From: Octopus vulgaris
Lineage: Eukaryota
Assembly: GCA_951406725.2 (NCBI GenBank)
Contig: OX597838.1
Coordinates: 29,450,001-29,514,000 of the forward strand
DNA length: 64,000 bases
Direction: 5' to 3'
Shown here: one piece after another, positions 1-14,253 of the stretch
How positions within the stretch are numbered: the first letter of the stretch is position 1
How the letters are laid out: the number at the start of each line of letters is the position of its first letter
Made by a program: the position numbers and the translations under genes
The notes under the pieces: model-generated
Database searches by the model: none
Seen by the model: only the letters and a program-made list of their open reading frames with translations
Told to the model about the DNA's origin: nothing

Positions 1-2470
1 GAGATAATATGATTTATTGTTTCTTGTCCATCTCCACATATTCTGCAGTTACTTGTAATATTTCTTTTCATTACATGTTTTTGGTAATTTCTGGTGGGGA
101 GGCTTTGGTCTTGTGCTGCAATTAAAAATCCCTCTGTTTCTGCTTTGAGTCCTGAGCTTCTCAACCATTGCTGGGATTTTTCTTTGTCTATTTCTTTTGC
201 GTTTAGTTTAGTGCAGTATTTACCATGAAGGGGCTTTTCTTGCCATCGTTTTATCATGGTTCGTTGCTGTTCTGTTTTTAGTTTGGATTTCATTTGTTTT
301 ATAGCTTTTGTTGTTTCTTCATCTTCTTCTTCTTCTTCATGTTTATTAGGTGGTATGATTTCTTGTTTGTATTTGTCAGCTTCCTTAAATACTGAGAACA
401 GTTTTTTGTTTTGCTCGTGTTTTGCCGCTATCTGGATCAGTTTTCCTTCCTTCTGAAGTAGATATTTTTGCAGTCCTATGGTGGTTATTTTATAGTAGTT
501 TTCCAGTTGTATAAGGCCTCTACCACCTTCCATACGTTGTATATATAGTCTTTCTATGTCAGATTTTGGGTGATGCATCCTAGATCCTGTCATTATTTTT
601 CTTGTTTTCCTATCTATTTTGGTCAGTTCATTTCGTGTCCAGTTAAGGATATTGTAGCTGTAACTTATAACTGGGACAGCTAAAGTGTTGATACCTATTA
701 TCTTGTTTTTAGCATTGAGCTCTGTGTTTAGTATTGATCTAACTCGTCTATAATATTCTTTTTTTATTTTCTCTTTCATTTGTGTGTGTTGTGTCTTATC
801 TAGTTCATGGATTCCTAAGTATTTGTAAGTTTGGCTTTGGTCTAATTCTTTTATTTCATTGGTTTTATCTAGTGTGATGTTGTTACTCTTAACTAGTTTT
901 CCTCTTTTCATGGTTACTTTGGCGCATTTTTCTAATCCAAATTTCATATCTATTTCTTTGGTAAATCCATGAACTGTCTTTAATAGTGTTTCCAGCTGTT
1001 TGTCATTTGCAGCGTATAGTTTTAGGTCATCCATATATAAAAGGTGGCTGATCGTTTTGCCGTAACATTTATATCCGCATCCAGTTCTATTTAGCATATC
1101 AGATAGAGGTGACAGTGCCAAGCAGAAAAGGAGTGGAGAGAGCGTGTCTCCCTGGAATATTCCTCTTCTAATGGGGATGTCTTTGGTTTTCATGAGTCCC
1201 TCTTTTGTTTGGAGGTGTAGGACTGTTTGCCATTTATTCATAGAGTGCTCTATGAATTTTATGATTGTTGGTGCTACTTTGTTAATGGCTAGTGTTTCGA
1301 GGATCCATGTGTGGGGGATGCTATCAAACGCCTTTTTGTAGTCAATCCAGGCCATACTGAGGCCTTTCTTCTTTCTGTGGCTGTCTTCAGTTATGGCTTT
1401 ATTAATCATTAGTTGATCTTTACAGCCATATGAGCCTTTGCGGCATCCTTTCTGCTCTTCTGGGAACAGTTTGTTTTCGTCCAGGTGCTTGTTCAGCCTT
1501 TGTGATATCACTGCAGTAAATGCCTTGAACATAGTAGGGAGGCAGGTTATTGGTCTGTAGTTTTCTGGTTTTTCTGTTTCATTTGATTTGGGAATTAAGA
1601 TGGTTTTCCCCTTCGTGAGCCATTCAGGCATTGTCTCTGGCTCTGCTAGTACGTTGTTAAAGTTTTCAGCCAGCTTTTTGTGCATTCCTGTTAGATATTT
1701 CAACCAGAAGTTGGGGATCTTGTCATGCCCAGGTGCCTTCCAGTTGCTTAGTCTTTGCAGTGCCTGGGTGACCTCTTCAGTTGTTATGGGGGTCCAAAGT
1801 TGTTCAGATGCCGAGTTTGTAATTTTGATACTCCTTTTTTTTGGTGGTTCGTTCGCCGACCATATCTCTCTCCAGAATTCTTCCAATTCTTCTGCCGTTG
1901 GTGCTGCAGTGACTTCTATTTTATTTTTGCCCAGTTCTTGGTAGAACTTTTGGGGTTGGAGCTGAACTTTTTGTTTTCTTCAAAGAAGCGTTGGCGTTTC
2001 TTGTACCGGCGGATCCTTTGTGCTTTGGCAAGGATATCTTGCTTCAGTTTTTCTTTTATTTCAGGCAAATCTTTCTCTGTCATGTTATATTTGCGGAGTA
2101 TTTTTGTTCTCTTTTTGTTGCTCAGTAGCGTTGATTCTTTGCTGATTTCATTAAGAATCGACAGGTCTTTTCTAATTTTTTTTATTTTGCTTTGGATGTT
2201 ATTTATCCACAGGGTTTGTTTGGGTGGTGGTACTCCTGTTTGGGCGGGTTTGGGTGAGTATCCAGCTTCTTTTGTGGCTGCAGTGGCTGCTGCGTATATT
2301 AGGTTATTTAGCTCAGTGATATCACTTTTTTTTGATTCAGTGGCTATCAGTTCAGTGACGGCTACGTTTATGCTGTTTATAATAGGTGTTGTTATTTCGT
2401 TTATTTTGATTCTTGGGAGGTATGGTCGGTGGTCCATTTTGAGCTCTGTGGTTTTCAGTTCTTTGATTAT
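1..2470 (-). mobile_element. Non-LTR retrotransposon, R4/Dong-like (RLE type), 5'-truncated, one frameshift near 1950, runs off the window start
   Basis: Manual minus-strand translation gives the RT motifs NWKAPGHD, NYRPITCL, WIDYKKAFDS, RGIFQGDTLSPLLF, LYMDDLK (YMDD at 1026-1037), YKYLG and GGRGL, then AAQDQ and a CRICGDGQETINHIIS zinc knuckle at 1-47. One frame is kept from about 1949 to 1. The upstream part is the non-repeat end of ORF 1916..3220. Confidence 0.9.
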
Positions 2471-3360
<890 letters not shown>

Positions 3361-3516
3361 CACTTTCCCCTAAGTCCTTCAAATCCAGCGTCATCTACTC
3401 AGGCAAAGGTTTCCTGCCCGACGGGGCACCATTTTAATTATTCCGTTATTCTCCTGACGAGAAATCACTTTTTTTTAGTAATAAGTTTCTTGCTGTTGTT
3501 ATCGTTGTTGTTGTTG

Positions 3517-3548
<32 letters not shown>

Positions 3549-4777
3549 GGTGGTGGTGGTGGTGGTGGTGGTGGTCATGTCGTTGTCAACACCGAAATCT
3601 CGGGAAAAAAAAAATAAATAACAAAAGACGGTGGCGGCGGATGAAACGAATCAGCCAACATCATCATCAACATCAGCATCAGCAACAGCAATATCGACAA
3701 GAACAGCAATCACAACATCAACAACAGCAACAACATCGACGACGACGTTGGCGGGGGCGGCGGCAGTGGAGGCGGCGGTGACAGTGGAGGTGGAGGCGGC
3801 GGCGGCTGAAGTGAAGGCGGCGGCAATGGAGGTGGCGGCGCGACAACAATAACAAGAATAAAATGTACAACACAACGGAAACGTCATCAGAGAAATAATG
3901 GTAACAACAACCACGAGAAAAAAAAACAGTAGAAAAGACAAAAACAAATGACTCAGAAACTGAAACAACAACAACATGAATAACAGTAACATCAACTCCG
4001 TTAATCGCTATTTATTGGAAGGCGAAGAGTGAGTTTGTGGAGTTCATGCCTTAACGTAAGAAGGGATCAGGTGGAAATAAAGTGTTTCCTGTTGAAGATT
4101 TAAAAAGCAGACAGACTTCAGGCGTTCGATGCCGGAAACGATGCCAGAAATCTATAGAGAACTCCCGAAAAGATTCTTGTGTGTGAGGTGAGGGATTGGA
4201 CCATGAATCTGAAGGCGAAAATGATTTTGGGAGACACATCAGAACTTCCAAGGAAAATTTGGCCATGGAGTTAAAACAAAATAGGTGGCTTTTCCCATCA
4301 TCACAATGATGACGATGATGATGATGATGATGATGAGGAGGAGGAGGAGGAGGAGGAGGAGTAGTAGTGTGTAAATGCACGTAATCTGGGGTCAAAGTGG
4401 GAGGAGGTGCAGCTAATGAGCAACAAGGAAATTTTGTATACGGATGAAATTCAATCCAAGAAACTGTGGCAGCATTGCGTAACTGATGGTGGTGCCTCCT
4501 TGCTCGTAGAGTCCGTTTTAAAGAACGTGCCAGGAAATTGTTAACGTAGTTTTACTTTGCGAAAAGAGAGAGGATTTCTCTGTACACTCGACAAGGGATC
4601 AACAGACGAAGGCATCGGACAATGTATAGGACAGTATCCTAAGGCAATACATTCGGTACAATCTGCTTGACCTTCAAAGCGCAATGGTCAGGCGGAGATA
4701 GTACGTGGATCATCTGTTCATTGGCTCCTACAATAGTTGATGGTTTAGCACGACAGCCAGGGACACTAGTAGTGACA

Positions 4778-5001
4778 CTAAGTTATTTTATCCATCTCGC
4801 TTGGCGAACCGCTAAGTTATTTTATCGACCGTGTTTTGCGAACCGCTTAGTTATTTTATCGATACCCTTAGGTGAACCGCTAAGTTATTTTATCGATCAC
4901 CTTTGGTGAACAACTAATATATATTATCGATCTCCTTTGGCGAACCGCTAAGTTATTTTATCGATCTCCTTTGGTTAACCGCTTAGTTATTTTATCGATC
5001 T
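4778..5001. repeat. ~34-bp minisatellite, about 6 copies, derived from a SINE segment
   Basis: Unit CTTTGGCGAACCGCTAAGTTATTTTATCGATCTC resembles TATCGGTCTCTTTCGCCGAACCGCTAAGTTA in the SINE copy at about 9248-9278. Confidence 0.75.
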
Positions 5002-5311
5002 CGAATGACGAGTAAACATATGCACCCACTTGACCCTCCACCATTCTTTGATCCAGCGGAACATCCAGAATGTGAGAGCTGAAGAGGGACGGGACGGAGG
5101 CTACACTAGCACGGGTCTGGTACTCAAAGGATCAGGAGACCGAACAACTTGAAATAAAGTACCTTGCTTAAGGTCACAACACGCCGCCCAGGCCAGTAAT
5201 CCAACCCACATCCTCATCCACATCCACATCCCCACGAACGTCAAGTCAACACCCCTAACCATCAGGGTTATATAAAAAGGAAATTATTTTGTCAGCATTT
5301 TCTTCATTTCC

Positions 5312-5372
<61 letters not shown>

Positions 5373-5441
5373 GTTTATATATTTGTTGTGCAAGATTTTT
5401 TATGTGAAGTCGTGTGTTGGAATAAGAAAGAAGAAAACAAA

Positions 5442-5486
5442 GGACCACTGATGCGGTCACAGGAGTGTGACGAAAGAACTCTGGCC
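5442..5486 (+). ncRNA. Minimal type I hammerhead-ribozyme-like fold (variant core) in a ~230-bp element flanked by (TA)n
   Basis: GGACCA-CTGATGC-G-GTCAC(AGGAGT)GTGAC-GAA-AG(AA)CT-C^-TGGCC. Stem I is CCA/TGG plus GG/CC, stem II is 5 bp, stem III is short. The core has A9>C and one extra nucleotide. Confidence 0.45.
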
Positions 5487-5595
5487 GAAATAAGATTAAG
5501 ATTAATGTAAAAAATAAATAACACTGAAGCAAAGTAACACCAAATATATAGTGCGTGTGGTTTTTATTGGCTAAACTGGCAAAATTACCATTCCG

Positions 5596-5637
<42 letters not shown>

Positions 5638-5704
5638 GTGAGTGTGTGTACGTGTGTATTTATTTTTGTATATGTATATATATATTTGTATATGTGTATG
5701 TGTG

Positions 5705-5743
<39 letters not shown>

Positions 5744-6051
5744 ATGTATATAAACACACACACTCACACACATACACACGCACGCGCACAGATTAGGCCG
5801 CACCAGAAGAAATAGAACCAATGAAATTTAAAATTCCCGCAAACTGAATTTTTCTTTTTCTTTTTACAAACAGGTGGGTGTTAGTATAACAGAGTTACTC
5901 CCCTTACACCATTCCCGGCATTTGCTGACTCCGATAAAATTGCGTTATCTACTGAAAAATGTTTTAAAAAGGTGGAATTGAGTTTTTTTTTATATCACCT
6001 ATCACTTGTACTTCCAGTAGAAAGGATTACCATTATTATTATTATTATTAT

Positions 6052-6082
<31 letters not shown>

Positions 6083-6127
6083 ATTATTATTATTATTATT
6101 ATCATTATTATTATTATTATTATTATT

Positions 6128-6636
6128 GAGTGAGCGAGCAGGATATGCCATCAAAGTGACACTGGGGTAAAATATACGAAGCCCAATATACCCATCATGA
6201 CTACCCGTCTGATAAAGGTACACCGGGCACATGCATCACAACCAATTTTCTTCAGGTTGAGTAGCCCATCCCACTCAAACGGTCCCTGAATAAGGGTTGT
6301 TTAAGGATGTTGAAAGAACCACCCATGTTTCCAGAGGTGAACTATTCAAACTCCAAAGAATCCCTCTCAACACATGGCTATGATGCTCCCCCACTACTTC
6401 TGCTCGTGATCAGAGATGCACATATCGTCAGCCACTAAGGGACATGCTCAACTGGTTAAAGTCAAACAACTGACAAGCAAATCTGTGGTATTGAGCAGAA
6501 TATTTGCTGTAGCCCATCTTTTATACCAAGACAAAACAATGTACATGATAACACTTCCAATCAGTTAAGATCAGAAGCCATGAGAGCCACTGCCTGGTAC
6601 TGCATCAGGGCATTGCCTGGTACTGCATCAGGGCAT
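6128..6636 (-). mobile_element. ~500-bp non-coding interspersed element embedded in (TAA)n
   Basis: Near-identical to 15706-16138 and 15558-15661. All three share the exact CACTC|AATAAT junction and have (TAA)n on both sides. A 23-bp terminal duplication sits at 6591-6636. Strand is inferred from the fixed end. Confidence 0.8.
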
Positions 6637-6642
6637 ACACCC

Positions 6643-6697
<55 letters not shown>

Positions 6698-6734
6698 CAT
6701 ATTATTATTATTATCATTATTATCATTATTATTA

Positions 6735-6810
<76 letters not shown>

Positions 6811-6830
6811 CATTATTATCATTATTATTA

Positions 6831-6894
<64 letters not shown>

Positions 6895-6926
6895 CATTAT
6901 TATTATCATTATTATTATTATTATTA

Positions 6927-6963
<37 letters not shown>

Positions 6964-7061
6964 TACTATTATTATTATTATTATTATTATTATCATCATC
7001 ATCATCATCATCATCATTATTATTATTATTATTATTATTATCATTATTATTATTATTATTA

Positions 7062-7113
<52 letters not shown>

Positions 7114-7206
7114 CATTAGTATTACTACTATTATTATTATTATTACTATTATTATTATCATCATCATCATTATTATTATTATTATTATTATCATTAGTAT
7201 TACTAC

Positions 7207-7239
<33 letters not shown>

Positions 7240-7250
7240 CATTATTATTA

Positions 7251-7299
<49 letters not shown>

Positions 7300-7344
7300 C
7301 ATCATCATTATTATTATTATTTATTATTATCATTATTATTATTA

Positions 7345-7414
<70 letters not shown>

Positions 7415-7470
7415 CATCATCATCATTATTATTATTATTATTATCATTAGTATTACTATTATTATTATTA

Positions 7471-7530
<60 letters not shown>
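6643..7530. repeat. Compound (TAT/CAT/TAC)n microsatellite
   Basis: Directly visible. Confidence 0.97.
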
Positions 7531-7531
<1 letters not shown>

Positions 7532-7804
7532 AGCGATGAGATGGCAGAATCGTTAGCGAGCTGGGCAAAAAGCTTAGCGATATTTCGCCCGTCACTATGT
7601 TCCGAGTTCAAATTCCGCCGAGGTCGGAACAATGGGGTCGATGTAATCGACTTACACCCTCCCTCGAAATTGCTAGCCTTGGGCTTAAGTTTGAAATCAT
7701 TATTGTTGTTATTAATTATAGGGGCACATATCTTAGTGGTTAGTGCGTTGCACTCACGTTTGCGAGATCGTGATTTCAATTCCTAGGCCGGGTGGTACTC
7801 TCTC

Positions 7805-8181
7805 TCTGTTTTACTCTTTTACTTGTTTCAGTTATTTGACTGCGGCCATGCTGGAGCACCGCCTTTAGTCGAGCAAATCGACCCCGTACTTTTTCTCTCG
7901 GTCTCTTTTGCCGAACCGCTAGGTGACGGGGACATACACACACCAGCATCGGTTGTCAAGCAATGCTAGGGGGACAAACACAGACACACAAACACGCACA
8001 CATATATACATATATACGACGGGCTTCTTTCAGTTTCCGTCTACCAAATCCACTCACAAGGCATTGGTCGGCCCGGGGCTATAGCAGAAGACACTTGCCG
8101 AAGGTACCATGCAGTGGGACTGAACCCGCAACCATGTGGTTGGTTAGCAAGCTACTTACCACACAGCCACTCCTGCGCCTA
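7805..8181 (-). mobile_element. tRNA-headed SINE, family B (other copies or fragments near 9130, 10780, 11640, 43820-44485, 47345-47945, 60838)
   Basis: Minus strand begins AGGCGCAGGAGTGGCTGTGTGGTAAG (A-box-like), followed by GGGTTCAGTCCC (B-box-like). It has an internal (CA)/(TA) tract and a ...ACTGAAACAAGTAAAAGAG tail. Many copies occur in the window. Confidence 0.8.
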
Positions 8182-8396
8182 TACGTTGTGTTCCTGAGCA
8201 AAACACTTCATCTCACGCTTCGACACCTGACGCGCGGTAGACTTGTGCACCTGTTCAGACCACGTCAATTTTTGATGCAGGGAGTGAGCTAATGTGCGGC
8301 ACATCCATTTGACCCCGAGAAACGAACCGTTTTGGGGCGGATCGTTCGGCAAAAGCTGAACGTTCATACGTCGTCTTCGACGGGAGAGTCCATCAT

Positions 8397-8445
<49 letters not shown>

Positions 8446-8453
8446 GCTGCTGC

Positions 8454-8493
<40 letters not shown>

Positions 8494-8584
8494 AGAACTA
8501 CTACTACTACTACTACTACTAATAATAATAATAATAATAATAATACTGCTGCTGCTACTACTACTACTACTACTACTGCTGCTT

Positions 8585-8616
<32 letters not shown>

Positions 8617-9778
8617 GTTGCTGCTGCTGCTGCTGCTAATACTTACTACTATTACTATTACTACTACAACTACTACTGCTGCTGCTGTTGCTTCTACTAC
8701 TATTACTACTACTACTACAGATGATAAATTACTTTGAAATTCTGGAATCCACAACCTGAAAACAAAACAAAAACATAGGATATGTTTGGAGGAGAATTCT
8801 GCTCGTTACGGATTGGCACAGAATGGGACAAGGACGACGACAACGGCAGCAGCAGCAGCTTGCGTCGGCTGACTGAATAACATTGGCAAATTAGAGAAAA
8901 TTTACCAAAACAAAATGTCAACTTCAAGGGACGTAACTTTTACTTTATGACGATTATCTCCCTTGCACACTTTGCTTTGATTTTCAATTCGTAACTTGCA
9001 AACTGAAGATGGAGGGAGGGAGGGAGGAAGGAGGTAGAGGAAGAGAGGGGGAGAGACAGAGAGACAGACAGACAGACAGATAGACAGACAAATATACGTG
9101 TATATGGATGGACGATATATTTGTATTTATGTATTCTTTTATTTGTTTCAGTCATTTGACTGCGACCATGCTGGAGCACCGCCTTTAAGTCGAACAAATC
9201 GACCCCATCCCCAGGACTTATTCTTTATAAGCCTAGTGTACTTATTCTATCGGTCTCTTTCGCCGAACCGCTAAGTTACGGAATGTAACGTAGATGTCAA
9301 GCGATGGCGAGGGGACAAACACACACACACACACACACATATTCTTTTTATTCTTTTCTACTCTCGGCACAAGGCACGAAATTTTTGGTGAGGGAGCCAG
9401 TCAATTAGATCGACCCCAGTACGCAACTGGTACTTAATTTATCGACCCCGAAAGGATGAGTGGCAAAGTCGACCTCGGTGGAATTTGAACTCAGAATGTA
9501 AAGACAGACGAACCACCACCATATATTATCTCTCCACCATCACCACCACCACTAATCAGTACCTTTCCACCACCAACATACAGTATCTCCACCGTCACCA
9601 CCACCACCAAACAGTATCTCACCACCACCAACTCCACTTCCACCGTCGCCACACGTCTTTTCTCTCCCGTCTTCTCTTCCCGAAGACAGCGAATGAAATC
9701 TATCGGAACATTTTCAGATAAAAAATGGGATTCTTCCCAGAGAGGTGTGTGTGTGTGTGTGTCTGTCTGTCTGTGTGT

Positions 9779-9829
<51 letters not shown>

Positions 9830-10053
9830 TGTGTGTGTGTGTGTGTGTCTGTCTGTCTGTGTGTGTTTGTGTGTGTGTGTGTAAATTATTCTTGAGCGAT
9901 ATATTTTGTCGTTTCCTATAACAGTACAACGATCCACCATATATAGTCGTGTAGTATAAACATACACACGCATACACACATACATACACGTACACAAACA
10001 CACGCACACATACATATAGATACACACATACATCATCATCATCATCATCATCG

Positions 10054-10600
10054 TTTAACGTCCGCTTTTCATGCTAGCATGGGTTGGACGGTTCAACTGG
10101 GGTCTGGGAAGCCCGAAGGCTGCACCAGACCAGTCTGATCTGGCAGTGTTTCTACAGCTGGATGCCCTTCCTAACGCCAACCACTCCGAGAGTGTAGTGG
10201 GTGATTTTATGTGCCACCGACACAGGTGCCAGACGAGGCTGGCGAACGGCCACGCTCGGATGGTGTTTTTTATGTGCCACCGACACAAGGTGCCAGACGA
10301 GGCTGGCGAACGACCACGCTCGGATGGTGTTTTTTATGTGCCACCGACACCGGTGCCAGACGAGGCTGGCGAACGGCCACGGTCGGATGGTGTTTTTTAT
10401 GTGCCACCGACACAAGTGCCAGACGAGGCTGGCGAACGGCCACGATCGGATGGTGTTTTTTATGTGCCCACAGCATGGAGGCAGGTCGATGCGGTACTGG
10501 CTACGGCCACGTTCGGATGGTTTTCTTATGTGCCACCGGCACTGGTACCACTAAGATGCAAATTCCATTGATTGTTCATCGAACATCAATGGAATTTGTA
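10054..10600 (-). mobile_element. SINE-like element family C with (GAT)n tail and internal ~62-bp tandem repeats
   Basis: Contains GGTTGGCGTTAGGAAGGGCATCCAGCTGTAGAAAC and ends ...GCGGACGTTAAACGATGATGAT (RTE-type tail, from recall). It has about 4 internal units of TTTTATGTGCCACCGACACAGGTGCCAGACGAGGCTGGCGAACGGCCACGCTCGGATGGTG. Other copies are near 28510, 37860, 39270, 40975, 45950-47090, 48840 and 51830. Confidence 0.8.
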
Positions 10601-11574
10601 TATATATAAATGCATACATAAAGAGAGAGTTGAGGTTCAGTCCCACTTCACGGCACCATGGGCTGAAGGGGTTGTTTTTTATTATATAGCCCCAGGCTGA
10701 CCATGGATTTGACTGCAGCCATGCTGGAGCACCGCATGAATTTCATTGAGAGAAACTGTGCAGAAGTGCGGGCACACGTGAGGCTGTGTGATAAAAAGCT
10801 TGCTTACCAACCACATGGTTCTGGGTTCAGTCCCACTGTGTGGCACTTGGGCAAGTATCTTCTACTATAACCTCAGGCTGACCAAAGCCTTGGGAGTGGA
10901 TTTGGTAGACGGAAACTGCAAGAAGCCTGCTGTACCATATGTTACATAGATATTATACCATACCATGATACTGTGTGGACTAAGATCCCTGTTGACAGGC
11001 CGCTGGTATTTATAGAGTGGTAGACACCTTCTGTATGCAAATTAAGGACCACTTCATAGAGTAACTGCTGCATTTGTTGAGTATATTAACAATTTGGCTA
11101 CCTGTTTCCCTGGAGACAGTCAGAATGTGGACGCATCTGATGAAAAGCCAATAAGATTTGGAAATCGATTGAGGGTTTTCATAATTTTTTTCAGTCTGTG
11201 GAGAAATGGCTAAAATTTTCCTTGTTTATAATTATACCATATGTTATATATACATATATTTCTTTATTGCCCACAAGGGGCTAAACAAAGAGGAGAAAAA
11301 CAAGGACAGACAAAGGGATTAAGTCGATTACATTGACCCCAGTGCGAAACTGGTACTTTATTTATCGATCCTGAAAGGATGAAAGGCAAAGTCGACCTCA
11401 GCAGAATTTGAACTCAGAACGTAATGAGACGAAATACCGCAAAGCATTTCACCCAGAGTATATGTTATATATATATATATATATATAGGGAAGAATTTAC
11501 AAAAACAAAAGATGAAGTCAGGTGGTGTACAAACAAACAGATGTATTAGTATAATGCTCGGAAAGTGAAAAAGT

Positions 11575-11610
11575 CTTTAACGTTTCGAGCCTACGCTCTT
11601 CTTCAGAAAG
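11575..11610 (-). ncRNA. Minimal type I hammerhead-ribozyme-like fold in a Penelope-type terminal-repeat fragment (11487-11630)
   Basis: Minus strand reads CTTT-CTGAAGA-A-GAGC(GTAG)GCTC-GAA-A(CG)T-T^-AAAG. Stems I and II are each a perfect 4 bp, and stem III is the palindrome AACGTT. The fragment abuts (TA)n. A related fragment lies in the opposite orientation at about 41235-41333. Confidence 0.6.
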
Positions 11611-13065
11611 GAACAAGGAGAGAAAATAAATATATGTGTCTGTGTTTGTTCCCACCACCATCACTTGACAACTGATGTTGGTGTGTTTATGTCCCTGTAA
11701 CTTAGCAGTTTGGCAAAAGAGATGATAGAATAAGTACTAGGCTTACAAAGAATAAGCCCTGGGGTCAATTTTTTTGTCTATAACACTTTAAGGTGATACT
11801 CCAGCATGGCCACAGCTAAATGACTGAACCAAGTAAGAGTATAACAGTGTGTGTGTGTGGGTGTGTCTGTCTTTATCCCCAACCACCACTTGGCAACCGG
11901 TGTTGGTGTGTTTATGTCCCTGTGACTTAGCGGTTCAGCAAAAGAGACTGATGGAATAAGTACCAGGCTTTACAAAAATATAATTACTGGAGTCGAATCA
12001 TTCAACAAAAAATTCTTCAAGACATTGCCCCAGCATGGCCACGGTACAACGACTAAAACAAAGACAAAAGATATATATATACATGTATGCGTACATATGT
12101 ATATGTATGTGTGTGTGTCTTTGTCCCCACCATTGCTGGTTTGTTTACATCCCCCTAACTTAACAGTTTGGCAAAAGACACCAATAGACTAATTACCAGA
12201 CTTACAAAATCAAATAGAAAAAAATTACATTGGGGTCGATTTGTTCAACTAAAACCCTTGAGTGTAGTGCTCCAGCATGACAACAGTTGGATGACTGAAG
12301 CCAGGAAAAAAGCAACAAAAATATAAAAGAAAAAACGTTTTAAAATCACATAACAAAAAGACACCAACACATTAATTTGGATTTATTTATTTTATTTTAT
12401 TAATTAATTAATTAATTATTTTATTTACAGGAAGAGATTCAGGTGAATTTTAATTTTGGTTTTTAATTATTTTTTGTTTTCTTTAGTAAATTACAAACTT
12501 TACAAATATTTCAGGTTTTCAAATCCTCAGTGAAAAAAAAAGAAAAATTCATTGACACACAGAGTGACAAACAGACAGACACGCACACAGACACATCCAC
12601 ACCCACACACACAATTTTATAATTATAATTAACAAAAAAATTTTTTTTTTATGACCAGGCACCAAGACCATTTACAAAGTTTTGGTTTATTTCCACCTCC
12701 TCAGTGGAAAAAAGAAATCATTCACACACACACACACATTTTATTAATTACAATTAAAAAAATAATGGGTTTTTTTTAATGACTAGGCACCAAGACCAAT
12801 TATTGCATGGATGGGAGGGTGGGAGAAAAAAATAAAAAGCAAGAGGACTGCAGTATAGCAAGAGATAACCCCCAGTATATTACTGGGACAAAAACAAAAA
12901 AGTACAGTCATCGGTCACAGCAAGGTTTTGATTAAATAAACCACAAAAAAAAAAAAAATTAAGGGAATTGATTGCATATTAATTAAATAATTAACAAAAT
13001 TACATATTTAAGGCATTTAATCAAACAATCATCTGATTCACCCAACTCAACATCTTTAAAAAAGA

Positions 13066-13121
<56 letters not shown>

Positions 13122-13398
13122 CCTTTCGGCCTGAAAGTTTTGGGGCAGGGTTAAGTCGTTAGATCGACCCCAGTACTCGACAGGACCTTAATTTATTGAC
13201 CCCGAAAGGATGAAAGGCTAAGCTGACCTCAGCGAAATTTGAACTCAGGACGTCAACACAGACAAAATACCGCTAAGCATTTCGCCCAACATGCTAACGA
13301 TTCTGCCACCTTAATTTATAATAATAATAATAATAATAATAATAATTATAATGATAATAATAATAATTATAATGATAATAATAATGATAATAATAATG

Positions 13399-13439
<41 letters not shown>

Positions 13440-14125
13440 TATAATGATAATAATAATGATAATAATAATAATAATGGTGTTTGATTAAGGCACAAGGCCA
13501 GCAGTTTTGAGTAGGGGCAGTGAAGTCGATTGACATTGGCCCCTAGTACTCAACTGGAAATTTATTTTACTGACCCCAAAAGGATGAAAGGCAAAGTCGA
13601 CCTCAGAGGGATTTGAACCCTGAACGTAAAAGTTTATAATAACAAAATAATACCACAGGTTATATTGTATGATGCTCTACCAATTCTTCCATTCTCAGCC
13701 TCTCCCCCAACTCCCCCCACCCAGAAATGGAAATATATTCAAACACACACACACACAAAAAAAAACATTACTGGCCATTAAAAAGAAAAAAAGGAAAAGG
13801 AAAAAAAAGAGAGGTATGTGTGAAGGGGTGGGGGTGGATAAGATGTAATGAAAGCAAGGCAAGGCATTCGAGCCACTACATCAGCACATAATAATATAGT
13901 GTCTCTTATATACATACACATGCACACACATACACACACAATCACTACCACCACCACCACCACCATCGTTATCATCACCATCACCACCACCAATAAGGGG
14001 ACAAGTGTGCACACACCCTATTGCCACCACCATCCCCAATAAGGGGACAAGTGTGCACACACACACACACACATTTAATCACCACCAGCATCACCATAAC
14101 CAGTCCTCATTAGGAGGAGGAGGAG

Positions 14126-14158
<33 letters not shown>

Positions 14159-14253
14159 AGAATAGTTACTTTGGGATAAGGCCACAAAAATTTGTAAGAC
14201 AGGAGGTAAATGGGATTGTGTGGCAGTCATGCCTTTCCCCAAACGCATATATC

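Noticed and set aside
3580-4760. GC-richer unique-looking stretch with ORFs 3631, 4051 and 4667
   Set aside because: No recognisable domain or convincing splice pair. It may be UTR or regulatory, but I cannot support a call.
6591-6636. CCTGATGCAGTACCAGG hairpin resembling U2 snRNA stem-loop IV
   Set aside because: The match is short and gapped, and no other U2 sequence is present.
10201-10500. Regular ~62-bp repeats as a CRISPR-like array
   Set aside because: No unique spacers, eukaryotic context, and the repeats are internal to a retroposon. The same applies to the 56-bp and 39-bp arrays.
12525-12800. Imperfect direct duplication of about 130 bp ending GGCACCAAGACCA
   Set aside because: Ordinary local tandem duplication with no further structure.
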